A DNA stretch of 64,000 nt from Octopus vulgaris (GCA_951406725.2 OX597815.1:87792001-87856000), one strand, 5' to 3'; numbered from the stretch's first letter, positions 1 through 14,254 are shown. Numbers and translations are program-made. The notes: generated from the letters alone by a model not told the origin.

Positions 1-749
1 TATGAGGTTAATGGGAACGACGTACAAGGGGATAACTGTTCTCAGCACTTCTTTTTTAATGCGTCCAAGCTGACAACCACCTTTTCTGAAAGACTGTTAT
101 ATCCACCGTGAATCTTTTGATCGCATTATTCATGACAGGTGATTTCTTTGAGTTGATATTCTGGATGTTTTCAGAGAGACCAGTCATCATTTTCCGGACA
201 TTTCAACAGCTTTAGAATTGGTCTCCTTTGTTGTTTTGGTGCGATACTTTTTGTTTTCGATCTGCTGTTTGGATAGTTCCTATTTCCCATGCACCTTAGA
301 AGGGATAGAAGATTGTTGCAGGACAGTACTTTATTGGCTAAGGGTTCCTTGGCTTGAGTTGTAGTTGTAGTTGTTTTGTGGAATCCAAAAATCCTTCCCA
401 CTGTTAGGGATAATCCGTGCCGTTAAGCTGTATGCTAATCTATTGATAACTAAAGCCACCCGCTGTATGGTGTCAACACGGCAAGCAAAATTGGAGCATC
501 CTCTCCAGATCGCTGCTGTAGACATGAGTATTTATACAGGTGTAAGACAGGATGCGTGCTTGAGCGGTATTACGGGGAGCAAACTTTTGCCTCCATTCTT
601 CATGACACCGTTGAGTCTAAAAGAAGGGTAAAACTGTCACAGGTCTTACCAGCGTCGTCACGAGAACTATAAGAACGAGGAAGTAAGTAGCAACGTAGTG
701 ACTTACAGGCTCCGACACTGGACTTATCCTCAAGGTTTATTCTCGTAGC

Positions 750-973
750 CTTGACTTTCAATGGATATGCAGTCAGTTCAATCAGCTGGCAAAAGATGAG
801 TTGTATCTGTATTTCAAAGGGTCAGCCTTGTCACATTCTGTGTCACGCTGAATCTCCTTGAGAACTACGTCAAAGACACGCGTGTCTGTGGACTGCTCAG
901 CCCATTACACACTAATTCCACGAGCGGACTGTTCGACTGGTCGGATCAACTGGTACACTTTGATGGAGAGCCA
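750..973 (+). mobile_element. Degenerate SINE body and 3' tail (family C)
   Basis: Segment cagtcagttcaatcagctggcaaaag matches the reverse complement of part of the SINE at 32890-33090; remainder resembles a recalled octopus SINE tail. Confidence 0.5.
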
Positions 974-1481
974 GGCCATATTTATATATATTTCAGTTGA
1001 ATAAATTTAAAACCGTGATGTTTAAACTGCATGCGGATTGGTCAAAACCGTATTCTAAAAATTCAGCGTGTTGGAGCGTTTTAAGAGGTACTATAGTTGT
1101 CAAGAACTCAACTGTCAGTTAAACACATTTGAAATCTGATGATTACTCTATCTATGAAAACGCTAATTTAACGTTATGAGCATTACAAAATATTTACTTT
1201 TTAATGTTAAAATACCATAATAAAAACTTGAAAACCAGACCGTATTTTAACTTTATTCAACTGATATATTATTGTATACACATTCACACAAATTTCAAAC
1301 AATATATGTATATATATCAGCATTCCAGGAAGACGAGTTCCATCGCCCCAAAGCACATGATATATTTCTTGCTCAATGACACAATATGACACCCGTTTCG
1401 GGAATTGTACAGTATGGGTATCTAACCCACACCGTACGATCATGAGTCAAGTACCCTCACCACTAGGTTATCGCATCTTCA

Positions 1482-1584
1482 TTGCACACTTATATGTGTG
1501 AGTGTGCTTGTAAGTGTGAGTTTGTGTGCGTGTGTGTGTGAGAGAGTGAGTGTGTGTGCGTGAGAGAGAGAGAGAGAGAGAGAG

Positions 1585-1659
<75 letters not shown>
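1482..1659. repeat. Compound (GT)n/(GA)n microsatellite
   Basis: Directly visible. Confidence 0.97.
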
Positions 1660-1660
<1 letters not shown>

Positions 1661-2051
1661 CAATCAGTCCACGACAGTATGCCGGGCTGTGTGTTTGCAC
1701 CAAAGCAAACTTTTTCAACAGTTACTGATTACATGCGGCTTGGCTTTGAAGCAGAGATGCATATTCACATCTACCCTCTTCTCTCTATGCTTATTTGCAA
1801 TTATTTTTAAAATTTCATCCGGACAATCTAGATGCTAAAGCCATAAGCTGTTTTGAAAGTGGGTTATAAAACATAGCCAGATTTCGATTACATCGACATG
1901 CCACCATCCAGCGCATTTCAGACATTCAATACGAAGTTGATAATGCAACTCTCTGTCACTCACATCGGAAGCTTAACAATCTGTCAACAACTTCGGCGCA
2001 TACACTCGCTTTCGTCTCACAAAAAGTATCAAGACCGACATTCCCTTAAAC

Positions 2052-2235
2052 CAGGGGTCTCCAAACTCTTTAGACCATCGACCCCCTCATGAAATCCTTG
2101 ACTCCTCATCGACTCCCCAGGCATGTACAAGAAAATAAATAAATAATAATTAAGTAGGTGTGTTTTTATCGACCCCTTGAATAGTTCCATCGACCCCGCC
2201 CCACGGATCAATATCGACCACATTGGAGACCTCAG
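2052..2235. mobile_element. hAT (Charlie-type) MITE
   Basis: Imperfect TIRs caggggtctccaa / ttggagacctcag; 8-bp TSD ccttaaac (2044-2051) vs tcttaaac (2236-2243); internal ATCGAC(C) repeats. Confidence 0.85.
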
Positions 2236-2738
2236 TCTTAAACAATCTAAAAAAATCAGTCTCTTTGATTTCATCATCATCTCTGATACAACTCTCCATA
2301 AAGCTGATTATATACCTATCTTGGAAGCCTTTTCCGACTCTGGAAAGTGTGTGAAACAAAGAGTTGGATCAATCTAATTAGTATTTGGAAAAGCAGAAAA
2401 AGCGAGACCTTATAAGTATAAATCTAAACCAATACACGATGCCGATGATTATCAAGTAGACGACATTTCAACATTATTATGAAGTTATGAAACACCGTCA
2501 GTTTATCTTCAGATTATTAAAATACTGGAGCGTTTTTCATTAACGAACAAAACGTAAAGAAAGTAAAATGAAACAATAGCAACGGAAACAACCACACCCA
2601 CCGCCAACGCTTCTTTGTCATAATTCCTTCGCGTGGGATTGACCTTCTTTAGTCATCAAGATTATCAATATAGAGGAACCACCCAATCAGGAAGGAACTG
2701 AAATTCTCGGAAACGAGAAACAGGCAAAGACGACGACG

Positions 2739-3082
<344 letters not shown>

Positions 3083-3413
3083 AAATACAGGGTAAAAATT
3101 GTTTTACCATTAATGATCAAATAAAGCAACTTTCAATGTAAAAATATCTTTGTAGTTTGGGTTTTGATTGCCCTCTCTAACATATCAGGAATCCACATGG
3201 TATTATATTTTCATAATTATGAATTTTCCAGCGACCTTACTGACGAGCTACGGATGATTAATTAATCAATTAATTGACGAATTAATTGATTTATTTGATG
3301 ATTAATGGTGAAATCATGGGTATAAGGTTAACTGAGATTTTTATTCATTCAAGTGTCCTACAAGCAACGTGCATTGTAACAAGCAACACACACACACACA
3401 TATTTATATATAA

Positions 3414-3573
3414 GGCGGGCTTCTTTCAGTTCACGTTTACTAAATTCATTCACAAGGCTATGGTCGGCCCGAAACTATAGTAGAAAACACTTGACCAAAG
3501 TGCCACGCAGTGAGACTGAACCCGGAACCATGTGGTTAGTAAGGAAACTTACCACACAGCTACGTTTGCGCCT
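3414..3573 (-). mobile_element. tRNA-headed CORE-like SINE (family B), 5' half
   Basis: Reverse complement matches the copies at 9357 and 24854. Confidence 0.85.
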
Positions 3574-4034
3574 ATTATATTTAACATTTTTTCCGGCTTA
3601 GGGAGTTCCTTTTTAAACAGGTGTTTTGTTGTTATGTTTGTTATTGGGTCGCAAAAATGTAATCTTCAAAACTAGAGGGATTATGTTTCCGTTCAATGTT
3701 GGCATTATTCTCATGTTTACTAATTATGTATGTATGTATGTATGTATGTATGTATGTATGTATGTATGTATGTATGTATGTATGCATGCATGCATGCATG
3801 TTCATATTCTCTACGTTGTTGAAGTTTTAGTATATATTTTGACCCGCCACCTGGCAAGGCTCTGAAGAAAACAGATTATGAAAGGAGGAAAGGTCTTTTC
3901 TTCATTCTTTGTGCAATCTTTTATTCTTCAAATTTTATTATCCAAGTATGACGTTCATCGATAACGTATGAACATCACATGTGTAAATTTATGTAAAAAT
4001 GCATACATATATGTATACATAACAAAAAAAAACT

Positions 4035-4373
4035 TGAGATAAAAGAACACCCTTTCCGAATCAGGTGCTCATAAGAAGTCATTATTTTGGCTCTTCGAGT
4101 TATGAAAAGATTCAGCAGAGATGAATGAGAATTGCTGGCTATTGTATCAAGCACCCAGGAGGACCTGTGCGTCAACTGGTCTTATGTCAGTCAGTTAAAG
4201 AAAGATTAACAGGGGAAGAAAAAGATCATACCTATGTGGACAACTTGCTTTAGGACAGCGGAATGGCAAATGTTGACGAGTTCAGAACAAGCACAGAGGA
4301 CGGTGATGGATGGCGTGCTCGCATGAAATCATTGAAGCGTTCGGGAGGACGGTCAAACTAAGCTAAAACTAAA
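4035..4373 (+). mobile_element. RTE/RTEX-like LINE 3' end, pseudogenised
   Basis: Frameshifted translation IQQR*MRIAGYCIKHP...NRGRKR..TYVDNLL*DSGM...GWRARMK resembles an RTE-clade ORF2 C-terminus. Confidence 0.7.
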
Positions 4374-5102
4374 TCAGTAATAGGATAGAAGATGGCACCA
4401 CCAGTAGAGCATCAAACAAAATGCCTTGCAGCATTTAGTTACCTTTGCGTTTCGTGTTCGAATTCGACATCAGCCTATAAAAGAGGTACCTTTATATCAA
4501 AACTATAGAAGATATCAAAACTTTTTCATATATTAAATTTAATAAGGTATAGGATGGATTTTTAGAATCGGTGGAATGTCGCGATCTAAATTTTATTTTT
4601 CGTACTTAACAATTGTTGTCGAAGTCAATAAGTTCTTTACATTTCGCTTCTAATATTCAAATCTGACCACGACTGACTTCATCTTCATTCATCTGCTGCC
4701 GATATAATGTAATTACCAATTAACAATTGAAATCCATATAATGTGCGATATTGTGCCAATGTTAAAAATAATTAGATTTTAAATTCTAAAATCGCTGGTA
4801 TGACAGAAATGGCAAAGTATCGACATAAACAATTCCATTATAGTATTTAGTTTCGTCCTGTCAACGTTCTGAAATTAAATTTTTACAGATCCCTACAAGT
4901 GTTTTCCCCTCCCGCCGGGATTTATGAAATAAGTGCAATTCCTGAACTGCCCTCTAATCAATCGGTTATAAATATGTTTCATCTACAAATTTGTAGTTCT
5001 GTGCCGGTGTGAGACACCAATATCAGATTCCCTAAAATAGTTTAACACTAAGCTCTCACCTTTCCCCTTCTGTCTTTCTTTTATCCTCACTTTTTACTTA
5101 TA

Positions 5103-5292
5103 CATCCATCCATCCATCCATCCATACATACATACATAGATATGAGCGTGTGTGTATGTATGTATGTATGTATGTATGTATGTATGTATGTATGTACGTA
5201 TGTATGTACGTATGTATGTATGTATGTATGTATGTATGTATGTATGTATGTATGTATGTATGTATGTATGTATACATGCATGCGTGTATGTA
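5103..5292. repeat. (CATC)n/(TATG)n microsatellite
   Basis: Directly visible. Confidence 0.95.
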
Positions 5293-5861
5293 TTACACTG
5301 CATCTCTCTCTCTATCTGCTCCACCTCTTCCCTCTATTTCTTTTATTCTGTTCCACTTCTTTCATTATTTTCCTCGTTACCTCATTCCAACGCGCTTTCT
5401 CACCCTATATTTACAGATCATCCAAGCATGACGATACTGGAACGTGTTAAAACAACGCCCTACAGAGCTCTCACCGAGAAATACGTCAATGGTTGAGGAG
5501 CTTCAATACATATAGTTTTATTCACTGCCTTACATGCCTCTCACTCTTGAGTGAGCACAGACTTTTAAGAGAACGTCCTATAAGAGAATGCCCCGCTGTT
5601 GGTTCTACTACCGCTGCTACTGCCGATGCTGCTACTACTACTGTTGTTGTCGCTGCTGCTAATGATGATGAAGTGGGTGGGATTGTTGAAGGTAGTCGTT
5701 GTGGTGTTAGTAATGATGATTGTTTTGGTGAGTACAAAATGAGAAGGACGATAATTATTTATCCCCGCTCAAACATGGAAGTTCTATCGGAACAAACTAT
5801 ACTGTGGGAGTTACCACGAGAGAACTTCTCATATTGGCTTTTGGTGCAAAATGCACTTCTG

Positions 5862-6010
5862 TTTATATTGCTAACTGGGAGATAAATCTCCGCCACCTCC
5901 AGCACCGAGACCACTAGATCACGTGATTTCGACCTTCCTTGTTCTTGTCAATGACGGATGCTCGATCACTAGAGATAGTAGCGATTCATCTCCCCGCCAA
6001 CAATATATAG
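5862..6010 (-). mobile_element. Small fold-back element enclosing a hammerhead-like motif
   Basis: Imperfect IR tatattgctaactgggagataaatc / gattcatctccccgccaacaatata; minus strand 5918-5951 reads TTGACAA-GAAC-aaggaa-GGTC-GAAA-TCACGTGA-TC. Confidence 0.45.
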
Positions 6011-6315
6011 AATAACTGTGCTAGAACTGGTGCTGGTGTCGCAATTAGCCGGTGAGCTTGTGTTTGTGATGATGACGATGACGATGGCGGTGATCGCGAT
6101 AACGATGATGGCCGTAATTCACATGGTTTGATGTTGGTAATGGTAATGATTGAGGGGTCATGTGGTAGGGTGTGATGCTGCTGCTACTGGTATTGCTACT
6201 GATGCTGATGGTGGTGACTACGGCGGAAGAGATCTTGATATTAAATAATTATTCTTTAATTAGACGTCGCCACCTTTGAAGGGGTTCCGGCAACTCCCAT
6301 ATATAAAATATTTCT

Positions 6316-6508
6316 TTTTTCTAATTTTGGCACAAGGCCAGCAATTTTGAAGGTGGAATGCTCAAACTGGTACTTATTTCATAGCTCCTTACAGGATAAA
6401 AGGGCATAGTCTACCTCGGTAGAATTTGAACTCAGAACGTAAAGAACGGGAAGAAATACCGCTGAGCATTTTTTCCAGTGCGGTAACAATTTTGCCAACT
6501 CGCCGCCC
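6316..6508 (-). mobile_element. Nin-domain tRNA SINE (family A), old subfamily
   Basis: Similar to the copies at 23377 and 33119; old-type tail ggccttgtgccaaaa. Confidence 0.8.
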
Positions 6509-7140
6509 TCTCCTCCTCCTCCTCCTCCTCCTCCTCCTCCTCCTCCTCCTCCTCCTATATTGGTATAATTCACTGCTAAATAAGGAAGGGATGGAATTGA
6601 CGAGTAAATTAGTGACTGTGTTCGATTTCTCAAGAAGATTAAAAGAGTGTCATATCGTGATGGACAGATTTATTTCTCCCCTGCTTAATGCTATTGAAAC
6701 CAAGGTTAAGTATCAGTTCGGGAAAACTTTGCAATTCAGAATTAGATAAATAGTATTGGCGATATTCTCCATTTAAAAAAAAAATCGATGTGAAATATAT
6801 TATATAACAACACATAGTAATCCCCTACCCCACGCCACCAAAAATAAAATTTTAAGTTCTTTTCCTAAACTACACTAAACTACAATTCACATCAGAAATG
6901 TCTTTTTAAGCTAAGCTTCAGCAATTAAGCCACGTCGATTTTACCGTATTTACTAAATCCTCTACTATCTATAATGGGATTTCGTTGACATTTGCCTTTC
7001 TTCTCCATTCCCCGCCCTGTCCTCTCACCCTCTCATTCTATCATCGATTGGTTCCAAATGGTTATCTAATTGATCTTATTAGCTACAGTAAGAAGTCACA
7101 GAAACTCAATTTTGCAGTTGTTACGTCCATTTTGGGATTT

Positions 7141-8093
7141 GGATCTTTTCCGTTTGGTTGCCAGTGGCTCCAAAAATTAAGGTTTACCGAAAATTTTTAA
7201 ATTGGCACAATAATAATAATACACACGCCGAAACTGAATTGTTGGAGTTATTTCATTTTTTCCAGAAAAATGTTTTTAAAAAGTTTTAGAGGTTTAAAGT
7301 TTGATCATTTTCACCCTGTAAGGAAACAGGATTTGGAAGCAATCATTTTGTATGTGACTTCACATTTTGTCGTCAACATCCTGAAAATAGCACGTGTAAT
7401 CAATACTTGTAAACAACACGTGTTATGTCACGGGTAATTTTTTTTTTTCATGTAAATAAATTTTATTTCGTTGTTATTTTTAGCACGCATGTTCGCCGGT
7501 AATTTTCTTTCGTGTAAATAAATGTTTATGTAAATTAAAAAAAAATAAAATAGTTTTAAATTTCTAAACGAGATGTTGGCAAATAAACTTTAATTGAAAA
7601 GATTTATCGAAAAAACTTCTTTAGCTGTTACTTTTAGCACACCCCACAACCATCTCAATGCTCAATGACAGAAAGAAACAAACATTAAACAAACAATTTA
7701 AATATGTTTAATTACAATTTAAACATACATACAGAAAAACCTACTTGATCTCGCGACACAGACCTCCGAAAACCCACTGCTCAGGTAGGACCCTTCCTCG
7801 GTTGACTGCTGTCAACACGAGCTTCCTCGCAGACTTTTCAAAGACTGTTACTATGGCAAAAAGGCGAGGTCTTGTTACTATGGCAAAAAGGAGAGTTCTT
7901 GTTACTATCGAAACAGACATGAATGTGTCTGTGGCTTACGATTGGCTAAAATTACCAAAATTTTCAACCCTAATTACTAATAACTCTTTATTTAATGATA
8001 CACCTATAAAAGTGTATCATTACACTGAATATGAAATCAATTTGAACAGAAAATTTACGCTGGTAGCCGCTGGCAACCAAACAGAAAAGATCC
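7141..8093 (-). mobile_element. Non-autonomous Merlin DNA transposon
   Basis: 29-bp TIRs starting GG (ggatcttttccgtttggttgccagtggct / agccgctggcaaccaaacagaaaagatcc); 8-bp TSD tgggattt / tgagattt; minus strand 7803-7741 encodes NRGRVLPEQWVFGGLCREIK*, a Merlin/IS1016-like transposase motif. Confidence 0.88.
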
Positions 8094-9018
8094 TGAGATT
8101 TTTATGAAACTAAATTAGGGGGAAATATGTTATATCATCGCTCAACAGCCGATCTTCGGATCAAATCAAGGAATCCATGGTTCCATTGATTTTCAGTTGC
8201 TGATATTATCTGTCGATCTCAGTTCCTGTCACTGATGTTTTTTCTGGCAATAGGTGGTGATACTGAACCCAGAGCTCTGAACTGGTACTTTATTTAGCGA
8301 CAGTGAAAGATGAAAGTCAATGTTGACCTTGATAGGGTTGAACTCAAAGCGCAAAAGCTAGAACAAATACTGCCTTAAAATAAGTCGTAAATCAATCCCA
8401 GTATATTATCAACATTTATTTTATCGACCCCAGGGCAATGAAATATAAAGTTAGCGTTAGTGGGATCTAAACCCAGAACTTATAATATTGCAATACATTT
8501 ATTTCATGGTTTACTATTTCTACTGACACCATTCCAAATATTGAGACAGATAATTCGTTCCATCTAGGACACATGATCAGTAATATACTCCCAAAGTCTT
8601 GCAGCTCTAGGATAATAGAAGGATAAAAGTAACTTCTCACTCATTGCGTTACGTAGCATCTACTACTGTTGAGGTTTTTCTTGCTGTTGCTTCAAGTTGA
8701 CTGACTGAGCACATTTCTATGTTCAAAGAGCCTCCAGCCATGATCATTCTGCCTTTTATTTAGACATAATGTAACTTTAACTACATCATCTACTGTGTCC
8801 TTCTTTTTCTGAGACGATCGGATGTAATTTGACGGCTACTTTTAGCAAATTGAATAACCCCGTACAGCTCTTCAGTTGCTCGGTAGAAGATATTTGATGG
8901 AGTTGCTATTACAAACCTTTTCCCCAGCAGCATATTTTTTTTTTTTGACTCATGAAAAGATTCATAGCTACAATACTGAGACACTAGTCATAGCTGAAAT
9001 GAAGTATCATTAATTATA

Positions 9019-9051
<33 letters not shown>

Positions 9052-9356
9052 AGAACAAAGAGATGACACCAGAAGAAAGTAAAGGTTATGTAATGAACTT
9101 CATTAGTTTATGGTTGGTTAACGACACACTACCCGTGTCCATTATATTGCAAACAAGGGAACGAACAACTCCCATCCAGCGTTGACAGGAACTAATAGAC
9201 CAGCTTTTTTCTGGGTATTATCCTTCCTTGGCACTGGTTATACCTGTCTGCTAGACATGACAGTCGTTCGTTCAAGTTCGCAATATATTAACAAACAAGC
9301 AACACACAACCGCTGATCTTGCAGCAAGGCAAGTGGCTAGTTATAAAATCTCTATA

Positions 9357-9748
9357 CGCGATAGAAGTGGCTGTGTGGTAAGTAGCTTGCTAACGAACCA
9401 CATGGTTCTGGGTTCAGTCACACTGCGTGGATTTTGTGCAACTGTTTTCTACTATAGCCTCGGGCCGACCAAAGCCTTGTGAGTGGATTTGGTAGACGGA
9501 AACTGAAAGAAGCCCGCCGTATATATGTATATATGTGTGTGTATGTGTGTATATGTTTGTGTGTCTGCGTTTGTCCCCCCAGCATCACTTGACAACCGAT
9601 GCTGGTGTGTTTACGTCCCCGTAACTTAGCAGTTCGGCAAAAGAGACCGATAGAATAAGTACTAGGCTTACAAAGAATAAGTCCTGGGGTCGATTTGCTC
9701 CAGCATGGCCGCAGTCAAATGACTGAAACAAATAAAAGAGTAAAGAGA
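9357..9748 (+). mobile_element. SINE family B, near full length
   Basis: tRNA-like A/B boxes (tggctgtgtgg / ggttcagtc), internal TA/TG tract, tail gactgaaacaaataaaagag; co-linear with the 24854 copy. Confidence 0.9.
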
Positions 9749-10819
9749 ATATATGTACGTATATATAATTGTTTAGCAAGACGTTTAACAAATATCTCAA
9801 GTCGTATACAAAATTATTACAAGAAGAAATTCAAGATCTTACAGCTGCTTCTGGGATATCCCCGAGTATGGGATATTCCGTCATCAGAGACAAATTGGGG
9901 CAAAAAAATATGGAAAATGAGAATGGTATATATCAATAAGATGACAAAATAGAGGAAGGGAGTAAAAGATAAGGAGATGGAAAGAGAGAAGAAAAAGAAG
10001 CATAAAAGTTCATAGTTCAACTTTTTGAAGTTATAGAAACCAGAGCACAAGTTTTTAGGTGCAATCCTGCGTTTATCCATGTGGGTTAAAGTCCTGATAT
10101 AGCAGACATCCCAAGAAAAAGACGCGAGCATATCAACGTTCAATAACAAAACGGTAGCGGAGGTGGCTATTATTTGGTAAAAGTAAAGAAAAGAAAAGAA
10201 ATAGAGAGTAAATAGAAAGCCTCAGTAATCCAATTACAGCACTTACCTAGCGTACCTAATCGTTTAGATCACCTGTGAACTAAATCCCCATACTTTATAT
10301 ATATGAGATAGACTTCTTTTGGTATTTTGTCCTGTACTTAATGTGTATGTGTATGTGTATGTGTATGTGTGTGTGTGTGTATATATATCATGCTCTGAAT
10401 CGGAGTAGCTGTTTATATTTAGCTTCACTTTTCCAAAGGTGTTGTACATTCATTCAAATATTATTCCGATATTCTTCAGAAAATATCCTAAGTTAACCAA
10501 CTATTAATATGATTTAATTGGACTTGTTAAATTTAAGTGAAACATGTTCCTTTAAATGAGCTGAGAAAATTAGAGGAAAATTGGAGGAATTCTCTACTTT
10601 CAGTATTACGCAATGAGGAAGCGACTTAATGGTTTATTTGAATCGAGGATCAGGACAGAAACACGAGATACAAGCTGCACGTGTCCAAGAAAAATATGTT
10701 GAAACCGCATAGTGCAGTGATGAATGCGTTAATGTACCAATAGGTGGCTTCAGTTCTTCTTTTCATCTTCCTTCCTTCAGAAATATATCAATTCGTTTCC
10801 TTCTTTACGCTCCCAGATA

Positions 10820-11059
<240 letters not shown>

Positions 11060-11060
<1 letters not shown>

Positions 11061-11457
11061 AGGCATGGCTGTGTGGTAAGAAGCTTCCTTCCCAACCACA
11101 CGATTCCGAGTTCAGTCTCACTGTGTAGCACCTTGAGCAAGTGTGAGTGGATTTGGTAGATGGAAACTGAAAGAAGCCTGTCGTATATATATATATATAT
11201 ATATAGTTAATCCAAACATGAACAAAGAGAAAACACAACAACACGAGGACATGGAACAAGTATAGTGTTATTGGACACTCAGGAAATGAAAGAAAAAAGG
11301 AGAATTTCGAGCTATTGTATTTTGTATCCAGTTAATCTTTATTGCAGTAAACAAACCAAATACAACAGCTCGAAACGTGAAATTCTTCGTCAGAAATATA
11401 GAAAAAGTCCAAAGAAGGGAAGATGGAGAAAGAAAATCGCCAATAATACATATACGG

Positions 11458-11499
<42 letters not shown>

Positions 11500-11683
11500 A
11501 CACACAAGTGTATATTTGTATGTGTACCTATGCTAGTCTCCCGCCACCATCGCTTGGCAATCGATGTAGGTGTGTTTACGTGCCCGTAACTTAGCGGTTC
11601 GGCAAAGGGACCGATAGAATAAGTACTAGGCTTACAAAGAATACGTCCATGGCCGCAGTCAGATCACTGAAACAAGTAAAAAG

Positions 11684-11685
<2 letters not shown>
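11060..11685 (+). mobile_element. SINE family B split by an insertion in its internal (TA)n tract
   Basis: 5' half at 11060-11185 and 3' half at ~11535-11685 match family B. Confidence 0.8.
11205..11461 (-). mobile_element. Penelope-like terminal (pLTR-type) element with hammerhead-like core
   Basis: Reverse complement aligns with 49110-49312; carries CTGACGAAG on the minus strand and an internal IR tttcgagctattgtattt / aaatacaacagctcgaaa. Confidence 0.6.
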
Positions 11686-11749
<64 letters not shown>

Positions 11750-12365
11750 GCTGCGGGCTTAGTCTTGCTGCGTTGCACATTGAGTAAGTGTCCTCTACTA
11801 TAGCTTCGGGTCAACCAATGCCTTGTGAGTGATTTTGGTAAAAGAAAACTGTGTGTGTGTGTGCACGCGCGCGTTTGTGTTCGTCACTCTACCCACCACT
11901 TAACAAAATGTGTTGGGCAAAAGTGACCAATAGAATAATTGCCAGACTAAAAAAAAATGTTCTGGGGGAGATTTGTCCGACTAAACCTTGAACACAAGAA
12001 ACTTCTTTAAAGGTTTGAAAAATAAACCCGGCACCTCACCCATCCCAATGAAGCCTTATAACAATACAAATCATAACAGTAGCGGTACACATTATTCACA
12101 ATATCTGCAAACTTAATGACGTTTCCAACCACTCAAGAAACGTTATAAGAAGAATGTGCTGACTTCCGGTTGACAATAGTTTTTTTTTTTAGTTTAATTT
12201 TACAGGAAGGAAGATGTAGCAATGAATTTATATATATATATATATAACATATATAATTTGTGTCTCCAGACTCTAACGTGTTTTCTCATAAATTTGATCT
12301 CCATCATATACATGATCTGTCAGTCTGTCTCTGATCACCCTTCCTCCGACATGCAGTCGCTCACT

Positions 12366-12422
<57 letters not shown>

Positions 12423-13683
12423 CAGAGCCATACCGCATATGTATGGTGTATGTGTGTAAATGTATGCACACACAGATGAGTAATATGGGTGTGCTACAAA
12501 CCACTTATTCTTGGAAAGAGATGTTTGTAGCATACAAATTTATTTTGGGAATTCGAAGTGACACGTGACTTCATTCCAACATTTTAAAGTCTCAGACAAA
12601 AGTCAAGAATAAAACTCCTAGGTGTTGGTGGGGGGGGGCCCGTTAAAAAAAATATCTACAGAAATTATTTCATTCATTTGATAAAATTTTGTTCTTTGAG
12701 ACGCCATTCAGTTGCAATACATGTTGCTGTTCTATTCGACTGCAGACGGTAACAAACCCCAAAACTTATAAACAGATAACATTCCTTTAAATCCTACTGC
12801 ATGTCAGTCATTTTCATATATTAAAGTTACTTTTTAACATTTCTTAAAGTGATCGACTGAGATCAAACTAGTGACCCGGAAGTCACATGGTACTTTTGAT
12901 AATTGTAACCAAAAGGCACAGTCGTCGCCGCAGTGTTAGTAACTGCACTTTGGTGTAACGTTTTTATACATTCTTCAGCAATTCGAATTCACTTTTAATC
13001 ATTGTAGACAAAATACGAAATGGTAACACCTGTATTATTCGAGAGTATCGATTACACACAGTATACCTAATTAAATATTCATCTTATTCAGGTCAGTGAT
13101 CTCCAGATAGCCGAATCGGCTTGACCTAGGGTTATAATATCAGCAGGCAATCTAACTAACAATGAGCTAATGAGAGAGACACTATGGAATCACTCGACCT
13201 GCTTCGAGTAGCTCCCAAAATCTTCTTCAATGTAGAATACCTGAATAAAAGACGGATAATCATAGTTGAAAAGCCGTTGGATACGGCGTATGGTACTCCT
13301 TGGAATCAACCTGCAAAAAAGAACGTTAAATCATCCATTCTTTCTGAAAACTCGAAGTATCATCTTGGACAAATGCTAATAACACCCCTAGCCTCCCATG
13401 CCAAGGTTTTGGTGAGTTCCCAAATTCAATGGGACAGGCAGAATGTTAATATATTTTGATGCTGTGATGGTGGATGATGGCTGCAATAATTTGCTTCCTA
13501 CAAAAATTGTGTCACTTTGTTATTTGTGTCCGGCTATCCAGATCCTGGGAGCGATCTGTAACTATATCCTATTCTTTCTGCTGTCAAGCTATCCAATAGA
13601 ATGTCACTTACTCTCTTCAGCATCCGTCAGAGTAGGTTTGTTTACATCCGGATAAAAGTAGCGACCGCCGCCAACGCTATAAA

Positions 13684-13781
13684 GGAAGAGGAAGAAGAAG
13701 AAGAAGAAGAAGAAGAAGAAGAAGAAGAAGAAGAAGAAGAAGAAGAAGAAGAAGAAGAAGAAGAAGAAGAAGAAGAAGAAG
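13684..13781. repeat. (GAA)n microsatellite
   Basis: Directly visible. Confidence 0.97.
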
Positions 13782-13814
13782 ACCCATCACAACAACGGCG
13801 ACAATAGTAGCATC

Positions 13815-14254
13815 GGTACTTGTTAGTTATTTCACCCCCATTAAAAAATTGCCATTAAAAAATTGGGTTATATCCCCACTAAAAAGTTGTGTTCATGTAA
13901 CGATAAGAGATTGGGTTAAAAGAGTTAGATCCTTTTAATTCAATACTTCAACAGATTGTTGACTTTTGGCCTCCTCAATAGGAATGGTATAAAAATGTTA
14001 TCAGATTCTGTAAGATGTTTAATTTTTCTGTTCTCATGTTTATTAATTTTTTCAGTTTTCTATGATTTATTTCTATGATTTTTTTATAAAGATATTATCA
14101 GATTCAATAAGATGTTTAGTCTTTCCACTTTTCATGTTTATTAATTTTTTCATAATTTTGTTGTTGTTGTATTGAGGGTTAAACAATTTTTTTAGTGTGG
14201 GGAGATAACCCAATTTTTTAATGGGGGGGGGGGGTGAGATAACCAAAAAATACC
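13815..14254. mobile_element. MITE with long GGTA-starting TIRs (possibly Merlin-like)
   Basis: Left ggtacttgttagttatttcaccccc..attaaaaaattgggttatatcccc is the inverse of right ggggagataacccaattttttaatggg..gtgagataaccaaaaaatacc; internal ~77-bp duplication; right flank occupied by a SINE so no TSD visible. Confidence 0.7.

Noticed and set aside
1-650. Non-repetitive stretch with Cys/His-containing minus-strand peptides (possible LINE 5' end or ORF1)
   Set aside because: Multiple stops and no motif I can assign with confidence; truncated by the window edge
10240-10285. Possible 26-nt minus-strand mini-exon (cacag|...|gtaagt)
   Set aside because: Splice-like motifs at this density are expected by chance; no supporting neighbouring exons
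13601-13807. Poly-Glu ORF
   Set aside because: Pure (GAA)n microsatellite
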